Part shown: piece after piece, positions 48,055 to 57,396 of the stretch | Position numbering within the stretch: position 1 is the first letter of the stretch | Layout of the letters: each line of letters opens with the position of its first letter | From: Candidatus Magasanikiibacteriota bacterium | Lineage (GTDB): Bacteria > Patescibacteriota > Patescibacteriia > Magasanikbacterales > GWA2-37-8 | Assembly (NCBI GenBank): GCA_016182085.1 | Contig: JACOYB010000006.1 | Coordinates: 2,015 to 66,014, forward strand | Reading direction: 5' to 3' | DNA length: 64,000 bases | The notes under the pieces: generated by a model | Told to the model about the DNA's origin: nothing | The model's input: only the letters and a program-made list of their open reading frames with translations | Databases searched by the model: none | Made by a program: the position numbers and the translations under genes

Positions 48055-50619
48055 TTAGTTGTCGTTTTTTTTCATGACCAAACTCCAGATTTTGTCGGAA
48101 CCAAGCTCTGTTAGTTTTATTGACATGCCATTAGCTGCAGCCGAAAGTCCGAGGCCGTCGTGCCAAATTGGCAGCCAGCCATCCGGGAAAATTACCTGGC
48201 TTTCAAAGTTGCTGTTAATGCCGGATTGTTTTTGCGCCACAAGTTGATAATTGGAAATTGGTTCCTGAGATTGAAAAATTTTTGCCCAATTATTTAAGTT
48301 TGAATCACCTTGTTTTTCCCAGGCTTTAAATGGTAATTTGTAGATAAATTGAACTTCTGTCGTTTGGCCTGGTTCGGTAATGATCCAGTTGCCAAAAGCT
48401 GTTTTGCCAAATTCTTTGGTAATGCGGGTACCTGATAAACTATCGGTTGATTCTTCTTTTTCCAGGGCAGCTAAGGTTTGGTCTTTTTCATACCAGCTTT
48501 CCGGAGCTCTAAATATTCTTTCTTCTGGCCAGGTAAAGCCGCTGGCGCGCACGAGCTCACTGCCTTCGGGTACATAGATTCGCAGGTAATCAATATTGGT
48601 TTGTCCATATAATTTTTCTTGACTGTTTCCGGTATGCTCTCGGGTTATAACGACGCTGTTTACAATCGTGCCGTCTGGCTGGATAACCGCCTGGTGGCTG
48701 ATGTTTTGTTTTATTTTTGCGTCACTTTTCTGTCCTTGAATATTGGTATTTACTACAAGCAGGTAATCTTGATTTGGATTTGTTTGTATGATTTCGCCGC
48801 TCCAGCCAAATTCGCGAATCGTTTTTTGAGTATTTTCATCGGTAAAGTATGTTTGAATTTCTTTTTGCTGCAAGCCTTCTTCCAAGTTGGTAAGCATTGG
48901 CAAAACTGCTTTTGGTGTTATGTTTTTGAAATTTTCAATAAAAACCGGCGCCAAATCCGATAGAATTTGTTTAGGTTTATTATCCTTTTTTTCTGGGCCA
49001 TACTCTACGATATCTTGAATGGTGGCGAGTGCATTTGTTTTGTCTAAAACCAGTCCGCGATTCTCGTCGGCTACCGGACCCATTATGGAAAGTAGGCGAT
49101 TCAAAACACTGGCATTTATAGCGATTACCCCGTCAGCCGTAACTCCGCGGCTATGGCGGTAGAACCAAAGTGCTTTTTCGGCACTGGCCGGAAAGTCAGG
49201 GAACCAGTTGGCATCCTGGAACTCCCAGCGTTTATTGGATAATAGTAGCGGCGTAGGCGGGACAATATACTCGGTAAGCTGTCCTTGCAGGTCATAGGAT
49301 CCGCCGGCGGGAATGTCTATATGTATTATTTCACCATCCTTAATGTCTAACATGGCAAAACTGCCCATAAAACCGCCGGTAGGACGGAGCTCAGCCGGAT
49401 TTTGGAAAATAAGCAAGTATCTTCGCAGACCCTTGCCGCCAAAAATTTCCTGTACGGCGTTATTTAACTGAGCGATGGTTTCCAGATCTTTGACGTAGAC
49501 ATTAAATAAAACACGGAATTCTTTAAATGTGTCTTGGTATTCAAACGGCAACACATCTGAATCAACGTTATTTAATTCACGCACGGCTGTTTGATAATGG
49601 GGCAGGGAAAATTTTAGATGATCTCCCACAAGCGCCAGATTTTTGGTGATGGTGGAGTTGGATTGTTGAATTTCAGACAAACCTTTGAGCAAGTAGGTGT
49701 TGCCTAAGGAAATTTCTTGTCCGGCGACGATAAGCCGCTGGCGGCTTTGGACCTCGTTGTTCACGATAGGTACGGCTGAAATGATTTTTTGTAAAAAGCT
49801 ATATTTACTGTCCAAGATATTTACAGCCTGTTCAAAATTTTGCAGCGCGTCAGTGAGTGATAGCTGGGCATCGGTTAGGTTGCCGCTCATAAGCGCGGAA
49901 GTAGAATCGTGCAGCGCGGTAAAACCGGCGGTGCTGCTATCCGCGATTTTGTTGGTTGTGGATTTGAGGTCAAAGTAATAGGTGCGCGCGCCAGACGGTA
50001 CGAATATTAAAAAGAGTATGGCGAGTGTCGCGCCTACAAAATGCTTGGGAGCGGCTGTAGCGCGAATTTTATGTATGGCAGATTTAGCTTTTTGCGCGTG
50101 TGAAAATTTTAGATCAGAAAGTTTTTGGGATAATTTTTTAATTGTCATCCCGAACTTGTTTCGGGATCTAGATGCTGAAACAAGTTCAGCATGACGCTGT
50201 GTATTTTTTTGTTGAGTTGGTTCTTTTTGGGCTTCCATTATTTTTGGCAAGAAAGACGGCGCTGCCACCGGCTTAGCAGCCGATTGCGCAGCGGTATGCC
50301 GCTCATGAAAAAAATAAAAATCATTATTTTCTTCCGGAGCCACGGCTTGGATATGTTCCAGTAATTTATTCTTTTCTTTTTTAAGATTTACCAGGTGCGG
50401 GGATTCATGATTTTGATATTGAACATGGTGTACAAAAAATTTGAGCGGCGCGCGTTCCGTTTGACCAGTGTTTGTTTGCGATACCATGTTTGGGCTCACT
50501 TGTTTGTCCAGGTTGAAACTTAAAGCATCTGGGCAAGTGGATTTGTTGTGCCCTACTTTTTGGCAGAAACCGCAATGTCGGAGCTGGAGTTTTTTAGCCG
50601 GTTTTAGTTTTTTGGCCAT
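48055..50619 (-). CDS. Hypothetical large membrane-anchored protein with N-terminal zinc-knuckle (palindromic repeat inserted in-frame)
   Basis: CGFCQKVGHNKSTC, one TM helix, ~650-aa extracytoplasmic domain. Repeat R5 encodes HAELVSASRSRNKFGMT. Confidence 0.5.
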   Translation of the reverse strand: MAKKLKPAKKLQLRHCGFCQKVGHNKSTCPDALSFNLDKQVSPNMVSQTNTGQTERAPLKFFVHHVQYQNHESPHLVNLKKEKNKLLEHIQAVAPEENNDFYFFHERHTAAQSAAKPVAAPSFLPKIMEAQKEPTQQKNTQRHAELVSASRSRNKFGMTIKKLSQKLSDLKFSHAQKAKSAIHKIRATAAPKHFVGATLAILFLIFVPSGARTYYFDLKSTTNKIADSSTAGFTALHDSTSALMSGNLTDAQLSLTDALQNFEQAVNILDSKYSFLQKIISAVPIVNNEVQSRQRLIVAGQEISLGNTYLLKGLSEIQQSNSTITKNLALVGDHLKFSLPHYQTAVRELNNVDSDVLPFEYQDTFKEFRVLFNVYVKDLETIAQLNNAVQEIFGGKGLRRYLLIFQNPAELRPTGGFMGSFAMLDIKDGEIIHIDIPAGGSYDLQGQLTEYIVPPTPLLLSNKRWEFQDANWFPDFPASAEKALWFYRHSRGVTADGVIAINASVLNRLLSIMGPVADENRGLVLDKTNALATIQDIVEYGPEKKDNKPKQILSDLAPVFIENFKNITPKAVLPMLTNLEEGLQQKEIQTYFTDENTQKTIREFGWSGEIIQTNPNQDYLLVVNTNIQGQKSDAKIKQNISHQAVIQPDGTIVNSVVITREHTGNSQEKLYGQTNIDYLRIYVPEGSELVRASGFTWPEERIFRAPESWYEKDQTLAALEKEESTDSLSGTRITKEFGKTAFGNWIITEPGQTTEVQFIYKLPFKAWEKQGDSNLNNWAKIFQSQEPISNYQLVAQKQSGINSNFESQVIFPDGWLPIWHDGLGLSAAANGMSIKLTELGSDKIWSLVMKKNDN
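50144..50197. repeat. Palindromic repeat R5 (two hairpin units, 54 nt = 18 codons) inside CDS 48055..50619
   Basis: gtcatcccgaacttgtttcgggatctag + atgctgaaacaagttcagcatgac. Confidence 0.7.
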
Positions 50620-50781
50620 TACAAAAAAATATGTGGAATTACTTCCATATTATACACTATTTTTGAGGTTTTGAGGACTGTGAATAAAGGTGTTTGATTT
50701 TGACAAAATGGAAGCTGTAAAGGTAGTATACTTTTAGTTGTTTGGCGTGCTCTTTGAACAAGAATCAACAGGGGGGAACCT

Positions 50782-51177
50782 ATGCTGTACGTCCTTTTGA
50801 CACTGGCAAGCGTCGGATACCTGAACGTTGGCCTTCACTTGACTAGCAAGAAAAAGGCCGCAGAGGCCTTGGCTTCTAAGGATAGAAATAAAAAAGAGTG
50901 GCATAAGTTCAATCGAGATTGGCTATTCTCTATGCTATGGCTGCCGCCTTGGCGTTTGGTTCAAGAGGTGGTTAAGGCTGGGATTTTCCCGGCGCTTCTT
51001 AGCCATAGGAAGCGTGTTAGGGAATTGGCGGCCAAATTCGCAAACGAGCCTGATGATCCGAAGCTTCTGGCCGAGGCCGAACGGGAAGCGGATCGGGCCG
51101 CGCGGGGGGTTGCTGAACCCGAACCAGACAATGCCTTGAATCAGGTGTTGAACCCACAAGACCTGCCAGACGAATGA
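50782..51177 (+). CDS. Hypothetical protein (GC-rich patch)
   Basis: 131 aa with N-terminal hydrophobic segment. Confidence 0.4.
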   Translation: MLYVLLTLASVGYLNVGLHLTSKKKAAEALASKDRNKKEWHKFNRDWLFSMLWLPPWRLVQEVVKAGIFPALLSHRKRVRELAAKFANEPDDPKLLAEAEREADRAARGVAEPEPDNALNQVLNPQDLPDE

Positions 51178-51208
51178 GGGTCTTTAGTTTGAAGGCACGG
51201 CCGTTTAA

Positions 51209-52303
51209 TCAAGGCAGATTAGCGGCTTTTTTCATTTCTGCTATAAAAGTTTTTTCAGTAAATTTTTGAGCAGTTTTTTGGCAAAATTCTTCCATTTGCA
51301 CGGCTTTTTCCAAAGTCATATTTTTTACGGCTTCGCGCAAATTATTTGTGTTAAAATTAGGCGGCAGTAAAATGCCATTTTTTCCGTCTTCAATTATTTC
51401 TAAGAGTCCTCCCTCGGCCACGCCGATGACCGGTTTGCCGGCTTGCATGGATTCTACGGCGCTCATGCCAAAATCTTCACGGATGGGTATGTATATGGTG
51501 GCTAAACATTTTCCCAAATATTCCAAAAGCTGCTCATCGCTCACCCAGCCGAGAATAGTGATATTATTATGGCCCTTGGCCAGATTTTTAATTTTTTCCA
51601 GTTCGGGCCCGCCCGAAGCCACCACTAATTTTTTATCCGGCATGCCCACGAAAGCTTCTACGATTTTGTCTACTCGTTTTACATCATAAAGACGAGCCCA
51701 AGAGAAAAAGTACTCACCGTAGCCCAGATTTTTAAATGGTAGGGTATCGCAAGGGGGGTAGACCACGACAGACTCCAGTCCTAAATATTTTTTAATTCGC
51801 TCTTGAGTATTTTTGGAGTTGGTAATAATCAGGTCCAAACGTCGGGAGAGAGTTTCAAATCGCCAGCGATTAAGCCGGACAAAAGGAATGAAGATGATTT
51901 TTTTCCAAAGCGGGTATTGTGTTAAACGATTTTGGTAAGTGTCGTATAGATGTCTGGGAGGAGTGTGCATGTAGGCAATGTTTCGTTTGCTGCGTAGCCG
52001 CGTAAGCGCGATAAGACAATCACCGCTGTAGATTATAATGTCGTATTTTTTGGCAAAACCAGTTTTGAACAAAAAGGAAAATTGTACTTGCAGATAACGA
52101 AATCCCGGCAGGTTTGACCAAGCTTTTTCTTTATATAATTCTATAGTATGTATGCCTTCCGCACGCGGATCAAAAGCATCTTTGCCAATAAAAGCTGTGG
52201 CTATATCGGCATGCAGGTTTTTGGCCAGGCTGATGACAAGTCGTTCGCCGCCGCCTTTGTACAAAAAGTAATCGTGCAGGATAAGAATTTTAGGATTGGC
52301 CAT
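51209..52303 (-). CDS. GT4-family glycosyltransferase
   Basis: N-terminal GGGERLV and C-terminal EDFGMSAVESMQAGKPVIG (E-X7-E). Confidence 0.8.
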   Translation of the reverse strand: MANPKILILHDYFLYKGGGERLVISLAKNLHADIATAFIGKDAFDPRAEGIHTIELYKEKAWSNLPGFRYLQVQFSFLFKTGFAKKYDIIIYSGDCLIALTRLRSKRNIAYMHTPPRHLYDTYQNRLTQYPLWKKIIFIPFVRLNRWRFETLSRRLDLIITNSKNTQERIKKYLGLESVVVYPPCDTLPFKNLGYGEYFFSWARLYDVKRVDKIVEAFVGMPDKKLVVASGGPELEKIKNLAKGHNNITILGWVSDEQLLEYLGKCLATIYIPIREDFGMSAVESMQAGKPVIGVAEGGLLEIIEDGKNGILLPPNFNTNNLREAVKNMTLEKAVQMEEFCQKTAQKFTEKTFIAEMKKAANLP

Positions 52304-52455
52304 AAATGAATAGGGTGCGACTTCAGCCTGTATATTGGCATTGGCTAAAGATCGGGAATATGTTATGATTTCCCCAAGGAGAATAATAGGCTAATTGTAG
52401 CATATTATTTAATATTTACCAGGTATTTTTCTATAGGGGCTAAAGCCCATATATG

Positions 52456-52545
52456 CTCATTCGCTCGGAAATATCCAGTATAAATATTTTAGCTCGCAAG
52501 CGATCAAAAATATTTTCCTGTCTATTTCACTCACTCATTTCGTAT
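52456..52545 (+). promoter_or_regulatory. Bipartite conserved upstream motif (box A, box B) abutting the start of ORF 52546
   Basis: tatatgCTCATTCGCTCGGAAAT ... CACTCACTCATTTCGTAT-ATG. Confidence 0.6.
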
Positions 52546-52956
52546 ATGAAAGAATCATTTTTCAAACATATTCCAAAACCGGAATCAGGCGCTGAAGAAC
52601 CGCACAAACAACCCAAAGTTGTAGACATTCCAGCCGGCGGCAAAGAGAAAAAAATAGATGCAGACCCGATTGCCCGATACACTAAAACTTACCACAAAAT
52701 CATGCTTGATTTCGGTCATCAAATTATAAACTCAAAAGAGAAAAGCCTGGCTATACCAAATAGTTTAGAACTCATGATAAAAAATTGCGACACCGATCAG
52801 CTGGTTGGTGAGATTGAGAATACAAAAAAGGAAGACTGGAAACGCAGGGAAGTGTTGTTTAAAGCAATTACCGATGAAATTTATCTGCGGTTATGGGAAG
52901 CAAGGAAAGGTTCAAAAAGAAAAACTAAATCCGCCGATATTATAAAAGTTCAATAA
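52546..52956 (+). CDS. Hypothetical protein
   Basis: Start set at MKESFF, where the conserved box B ends. The ORF-track start at 52453 would put the motif inside coding sequence. Confidence 0.45.
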   Translation: MKESFFKHIPKPESGAEEPHKQPKVVDIPAGGKEKKIDADPIARYTKTYHKIMLDFGHQIINSKEKSLAIPNSLELMIKNCDTDQLVGEIENTKKEDWKRREVLFKAITDEIYLRLWEARKGSKRKTKSADIIKVQ

Positions 52957-54235
52957 ACTCTTTGGCAGATTCTGTCCAGCTAAATTTTTTAGCTTGCTCT
53001 GGGCCTAATTTTTTAAAATCTTCTCTCAAGGATTCATTTTTTAGTATATCCGCCATTGCTTTTGCTAGTTCTGAAGGGCGGTTGGGGTTTACCAAATAGG
53101 CGGCATTTTCGGTGATTTCCGGCAAGGATGAGCGGTGGGAGGTAATAACCGGTACGCCACAGGCCATCGCTTCGGCTACAGGAAAACCAAAACCTTCATA
53201 AAAACTTGGGTAGACAAATAAGTCCGCTAATGAATACAAAATGTGTTTATCTATTTCTGCTACCGAACCGATAAATATTATTTTATCTCTGGCTGGTGAT
53301 TTTTGCGCGGCGCTAAAAATGGCTTCGTCATTCCAGCCTTTATGGCCGGCAATTATTAGGGAGTAGGTGGTAGGCAGTAGGGAGTAGCATTGTTCAAAAG
53401 CACTTATTAGGCCAATAATATTTTTGCGCGGTTCTATAGTGCCTAGGAAAAGAATAAACTTACCTGGAAGGTTGTATTTTTTTTGTACCATTTCTTTGTT
53501 TGTCATCTCGAGCGATCCCGACTGCTCGGGAGACGAGGGATCTTTATCCGTTGTCATTCCCGCCGCAAGCGGGAATCCAGTATCCGATTGTCTGGATTCC
53601 CGCTGTGGCGGGAATGACAAGTGACCGGACAGAGATTCCTCGCCGATGCGAACCGGGTTCGGAATGACAGTTGATTGATTGTTTGAGCAGGTAACCCCAG
53701 GATAAATCACTTTAATTTTTTCCGATGGAATTTTGTACAAGTCAATGATATCTCGTTTGGTATTTTCCGACGGCGTAATGATAATCTCAGCCTGCTGGCA
53801 TTGTTTTTTTGGGTTAACCGCCCAGTGCCATAAGCGTTGTTTGGGAGAAAAAAATTGCGGAAAAAATTCAAAAGACAGATCGTGGACAGTAAGTATCTGT
53901 TTTGGTTTTTTGGTTAGGGCGGTAAAGCCAAAATTTGGTGAAAAGAAATAGTCCAGTTTAATTTTTTTGTCTATTTTTGGCGCGTTTAGAAGTTTTGTAG
54001 ATGCGTTAAATAATTTGTTGGGCCAGCGCGTGGCAACATAGCCTATATTAGGCTGTTTCCACTCAGGAATATTTTTGGAAATATCCGTATATGAATTATA
54101 AAAAAGAAAATATTGATTTTGTTTATCAATTTCAAAAATAGCATTCAGAAGTTCGTGTGTATATTCGCCTATGCCAGCCCGAACGGGAGACATGAGAGAG
54201 CGGATATCTATGCCAATTTGCAACATACTACCCAA
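52940..54235 (-). CDS. GT4-family glycosyltransferase (composite palindromic repeat inserted in-frame)
   Basis: C-terminal EGFGFPVAEAMACGVPVI. Residues LSGHLSFPPQRESRQSDTGFPLAAGMTTDKDPSSPEQSGSLEMTNKE come from repeat R6. Confidence 0.75.
   Translation of the reverse strand: MGSMLQIGIDIRSLMSPVRAGIGEYTHELLNAIFEIDKQNQYFLFYNSYTDISKNIPEWKQPNIGYVATRWPNKLFNASTKLLNAPKIDKKIKLDYFFSPNFGFTALTKKPKQILTVHDLSFEFFPQFFSPKQRLWHWAVNPKKQCQQAEIIITPSENTKRDIIDLYKIPSEKIKVIYPGVTCSNNQSTVIPNPVRIGEESLSGHLSFPPQRESRQSDTGFPLAAGMTTDKDPSSPEQSGSLEMTNKEMVQKKYNLPGKFILFLGTIEPRKNIIGLISAFEQCYSLLPTTYSLIIAGHKGWNDEAIFSAAQKSPARDKIIFIGSVAEIDKHILYSLADLFVYPSFYEGFGFPVAEAMACGVPVITSHRSSLPEITENAAYLVNPNRPSELAKAMADILKNESLREDFKKLGPEQAKKFSWTESAKEFIELL
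53502..53670. repeat. Composite four-module palindromic repeat R6 inside GT4 CDS, frame preserved
   Basis: Modules parallel R4: gtcatctcgagcgatcccgactgctcgggagacgagggatct, gtcattcccgccgcaagcgggaatccag, ctggattcccgctgtggcgggaatgacaag, cagagattcc..ggaatgacag. Confidence 0.8.
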
Positions 54236-55346
54236 TCAAAGCCTGCTGATTAAAGCCGTTTTTAAAATCTTCGTATCTGTCTGTAACGTATTTTTTAATG
54301 TTATTTTTAAAGTTTATCGCATCAAATTTAGCAGCTTGTTCGCGGATTTTGCCGCTGTCCCAATTTTCATAATTAAAATGTAATAGTTTGTCTAAGAGCG
54401 ACTCCCATGTTTGAGCGTGAAAAAATACGCCGGTTTCATTAGAGATGACAGTTTCGGTGGCGCCGCCTTGGGAAAAGGCAATAACTGGCCGTCCGCAGGC
54501 CATAGCTTCTACGGCCGTAATGCCAAAGTCCTCTAGTTGCGGATGAATAAATGCGCGCGCGCCAGAGAGGATTTTGCCTTTTTCCTCGTCCGTAATCTGC
54601 CCTAAAAATTCTATATTATTTTTGGCTATTTTTCGCAGGCTATTTAATTCCGGCCCGTCGCCAAAAATTTTTAGTGGCCATTGTAAGCGGTTAAATGCCT
54701 TCACGATCAAGTCGAATCGTTTGTAGCCAACCAACCTTCCGCCAGCCGCGTAATAAGTGCTGGTTTTTTGCAGAGAACAAGACGAAAGCTCTACGGGCGG
54801 GTAAATAACCTCGCTTTCGCGGCGATAGTATTTATTAATCCTTTGTTGGACGGTGCGTGAGTTAGCGATAAAATTATCAACTCTATCTACGCTCATTTTA
54901 TCCCAAATGCGCAGACGATGAATAAAGTGAGGAAGTAGAAATTTTATAAAACGATTTTGTTTTAAATCCGAAATATAATTATAATTATCCGCCCACAAAA
55001 ATCGCGGCGGGGTGTGGCAATAGGAGATGTGTAGGGTGTTGGGGCTGGTGATCACGCCTTTGGCAAACATGCTGGAAGTGGAAATAACTACATCAAAACC
55101 TTTTAAATTATGCTGTTCGGTAGCCAGCGGCATCCAAGGCAGATACCATTGATACGATGAATTACGAAACGGCATTTTGGCCAGAAAAGACTCGCGAATA
55201 TTTTTGTTATTAAAGAATCTTATTTTTTCCTTGTCATGAAATAAAACAAATATCGGCGCGTCCGGCCAAATTTCGTGCAGAGATTTTAAGACCCGCTCCG
55301 CCCCTCCATCCTGAGCGAGATAATCGTGTACAAGGGCGATTTGCAT
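54228..55346 (-). CDS. GT4-family glycosyltransferase
   Basis: GGAERVL and EDFGITAVEAMACGRPVIA motifs. Confidence 0.8.
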   Translation of the reverse strand: MQIALVHDYLAQDGGAERVLKSLHEIWPDAPIFVLFHDKEKIRFFNNKNIRESFLAKMPFRNSSYQWYLPWMPLATEQHNLKGFDVVISTSSMFAKGVITSPNTLHISYCHTPPRFLWADNYNYISDLKQNRFIKFLLPHFIHRLRIWDKMSVDRVDNFIANSRTVQQRINKYYRRESEVIYPPVELSSCSLQKTSTYYAAGGRLVGYKRFDLIVKAFNRLQWPLKIFGDGPELNSLRKIAKNNIEFLGQITDEEKGKILSGARAFIHPQLEDFGITAVEAMACGRPVIAFSQGGATETVISNETGVFFHAQTWESLLDKLLHFNYENWDSGKIREQAAKFDAINFKNNIKKYVTDRYEDFKNGFNQQALIG

Positions 55347-55367
55347 ATACCAAGAGATTTTGGCGAT

Positions 55368-56789
55368 TTATACGACTGATCCGTTTCTGCCCAGTACTAC
55401 AAACGGGGTTTTGATAATAATAATTAAGTCCATATACAAGCTCCAGTTCTCAATATAAAAGGTATCTAAGTTTATTTCTTCTTCATAACTTAAACTGCTG
55501 CGTCCGGAAATTTGAGATAAGCCGGTAAGACCCGGCTTGATAGCCAAGACAATTTTATGCTGGCGTTTATACCCTTGCACCTCGCGCGGCTGGTGCGGAC
55601 GCGGACCAACCAAACTCATTTCTCCTTTTAACACATTAAAGAATTGCGGTAATTCATCTAAACTATAGCGACGCAGGAGCCTGCCAATCGGCGTAATACG
55701 AGGATCGTCTTTAATTTTATAAATCGGACCGGGTTTTATACTTTGTTTGGCGATTAATTCTTTTTCCGTCTTGAGCGCAACTACACCTTGTTTGCCAAAT
55801 TGTGGGCCGGTAGAGAATTTTTGATACATCGTACGGAATTTTAAGGCAAAGAATTTGTTATCTTCTTGGCCCACGCGTTCGTTTTTATAAATCACCGGAA
55901 AACCGCTTTCTATAGCGATAATTATATAAATTAAAATAAATAATGGTGAAAATAATAGGATAAAAAATATACTCCCCATTACATCAACCAGTCTTTTAAT
56001 AATTCGGTTCCAGCCGGTAAGACGAGTGAGCCGCAGTTCAATAATTGGAATACCGCCGATTGTGCTTACAGCCATATTGGTGGAAATAGTAGAAAATAAA
56101 TCCGCGCTGTATTTAAAAGCAATATGGTGTTCGTTGGCAAAATCGATCGCTTCTAAGGCTTCGTCGCCATGAGCCTTTGGATCGGTGAAAATTATTTCAT
56201 CCGGACGATTTTTTAATAAATATTCTCTGGTTTCCAGATTAAAATGTGAAAATACCTTCATTAGTTTGTATCCAAGAGCCGGGCGCGATTCTAGTACATC
56301 TTTAATTTGGCTGGCTATAATTTCTTTTCCAATAATTGCAGTTTTGCGCAAGCCAAAACCAGCGCGGTACATTAATTTTTTTAGTCCACTCATAGCGATT
56401 CGGCCGACACAGACATAGATCATAGCCAGAATCCAACCGACCAGGACCAAAAAGCGAGAATCAAATTTTTGCAAGGCAAAGAACACGTAAATCGCAATAG
56501 CCGCAAAGCCGGTGGAACAGGCAAAAATTACGCGAGTTAAATCGGCTGCCAATTTACGGTTGGGGGAAGTGCTGTATAAACCGGAGAAAGCAAAAATAAT
56601 TATCCAAACCAGGGCGGTGATAAGCAGCAAGGGCCAATATTTTTCCCAAGCTAAATTGAATAAAACCGGACGGATATTTTTGGTAAAAGTTGTAAAACGC
56701 AAGCCGTACGCGGTCATGCCCGCCAGCACCAGAAGGGTATAATCTACGGGAAGCTGGGCAAAAGCAAAGGTTAGTTCCAATTTTTTCAT
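55368..56789 (-). CDS. Polyprenyl-phosphate sugar-1-phosphate transferase (WbaP/CpsE-like bacterial sugar transferase)
   Basis: Five N-terminal TM helices. C-terminal DELPQ...GEMSLVGPRP ... PGLTGLSQ motifs. Confidence 0.85.
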   Translation of the reverse strand: MKKLELTFAFAQLPVDYTLLVLAGMTAYGLRFTTFTKNIRPVLFNLAWEKYWPLLLITALVWIIIFAFSGLYSTSPNRKLAADLTRVIFACSTGFAAIAIYVFFALQKFDSRFLVLVGWILAMIYVCVGRIAMSGLKKLMYRAGFGLRKTAIIGKEIIASQIKDVLESRPALGYKLMKVFSHFNLETREYLLKNRPDEIIFTDPKAHGDEALEAIDFANEHHIAFKYSADLFSTISTNMAVSTIGGIPIIELRLTRLTGWNRIIKRLVDVMGSIFFILLFSPLFILIYIIIAIESGFPVIYKNERVGQEDNKFFALKFRTMYQKFSTGPQFGKQGVVALKTEKELIAKQSIKPGPIYKIKDDPRITPIGRLLRRYSLDELPQFFNVLKGEMSLVGPRPHQPREVQGYKRQHKIVLAIKPGLTGLSQISGRSSLSYEEEINLDTFYIENWSLYMDLIIIIKTPFVVLGRNGSVV

Positions 56790-56959
56790 AGGGTATTTTA
56801 AGGTCTATTTTACCCCATTATTTTTCTTTGAGCAAGCGAGTTTTAGCGCTGTGTTATTAATATTTTTTTCACCTTTTATAACCCCGTCCGCTTTGGACGG
56901 GGTTATAAAAGGTGAAATTAAGACGTTGACAAAACGCCTAGTTTATGCTAATATATCGT

Positions 56960-57353
56960 TCGCATAGTGATGATCGTCCCGACTCAGTCGGGAAGGAAAG
57001 TCCGAACATTCCCTCTGTATAGTCACGCCAGAGGAAAAAGGTAGTGGGTAATTCCCATCGGCCGCAAGGCCTGAGGTGCGAGCAGAGACGTTTCTTTTTG
57101 AAAGAAAAGAAAGAGCAAACCTTAAATTTTTGTTCAATCAAAAATATTGCTCAGTTCTTAGCGGAGGTAGTAAGCTAAGAGGTGAAACGGCTAAATCCTT
57201 ACTTGAATGCAAGAACAGCCCTAAACCAAATTTGGTTTTTGGAAAAGTTCGTTCGCTTGAGGTTTCGAGTAATCGAGATCCTAGATAAATGATCGTCGAC
57301 CATTTAGCGCGCAAGCGTTAATACGGATACAAAATTCGGCTTATACTATGCAA
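56960..57353 (+). ncRNA. rnpB: RNase P RNA
   Basis: P1 gcatagt/actatgc. P4 strands ggaaggaaagtccgaac and aaaattcggcttatac. Followed by hairpin terminator 57357-57385. Confidence 0.75.
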
Positions 57354-57356
57354 AAC

Positions 57357-57385
57357 AAAAACTTCCCCGATCGGGGAAGTTTTTG
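57357..57385. terminator. Bidirectional hairpin terminator
   Basis: aaaacttccccgatcggggaagttttt. Confidence 0.75.
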
Positions 57386-57396
57386 TTTTGGTTGAT

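Noticed and set aside
56938-57288. ORFs 56938..57141, 56943..57137 and 57076..57288
   Set aside because: They overlap the RNase P RNA gene on both strands and are spurious.
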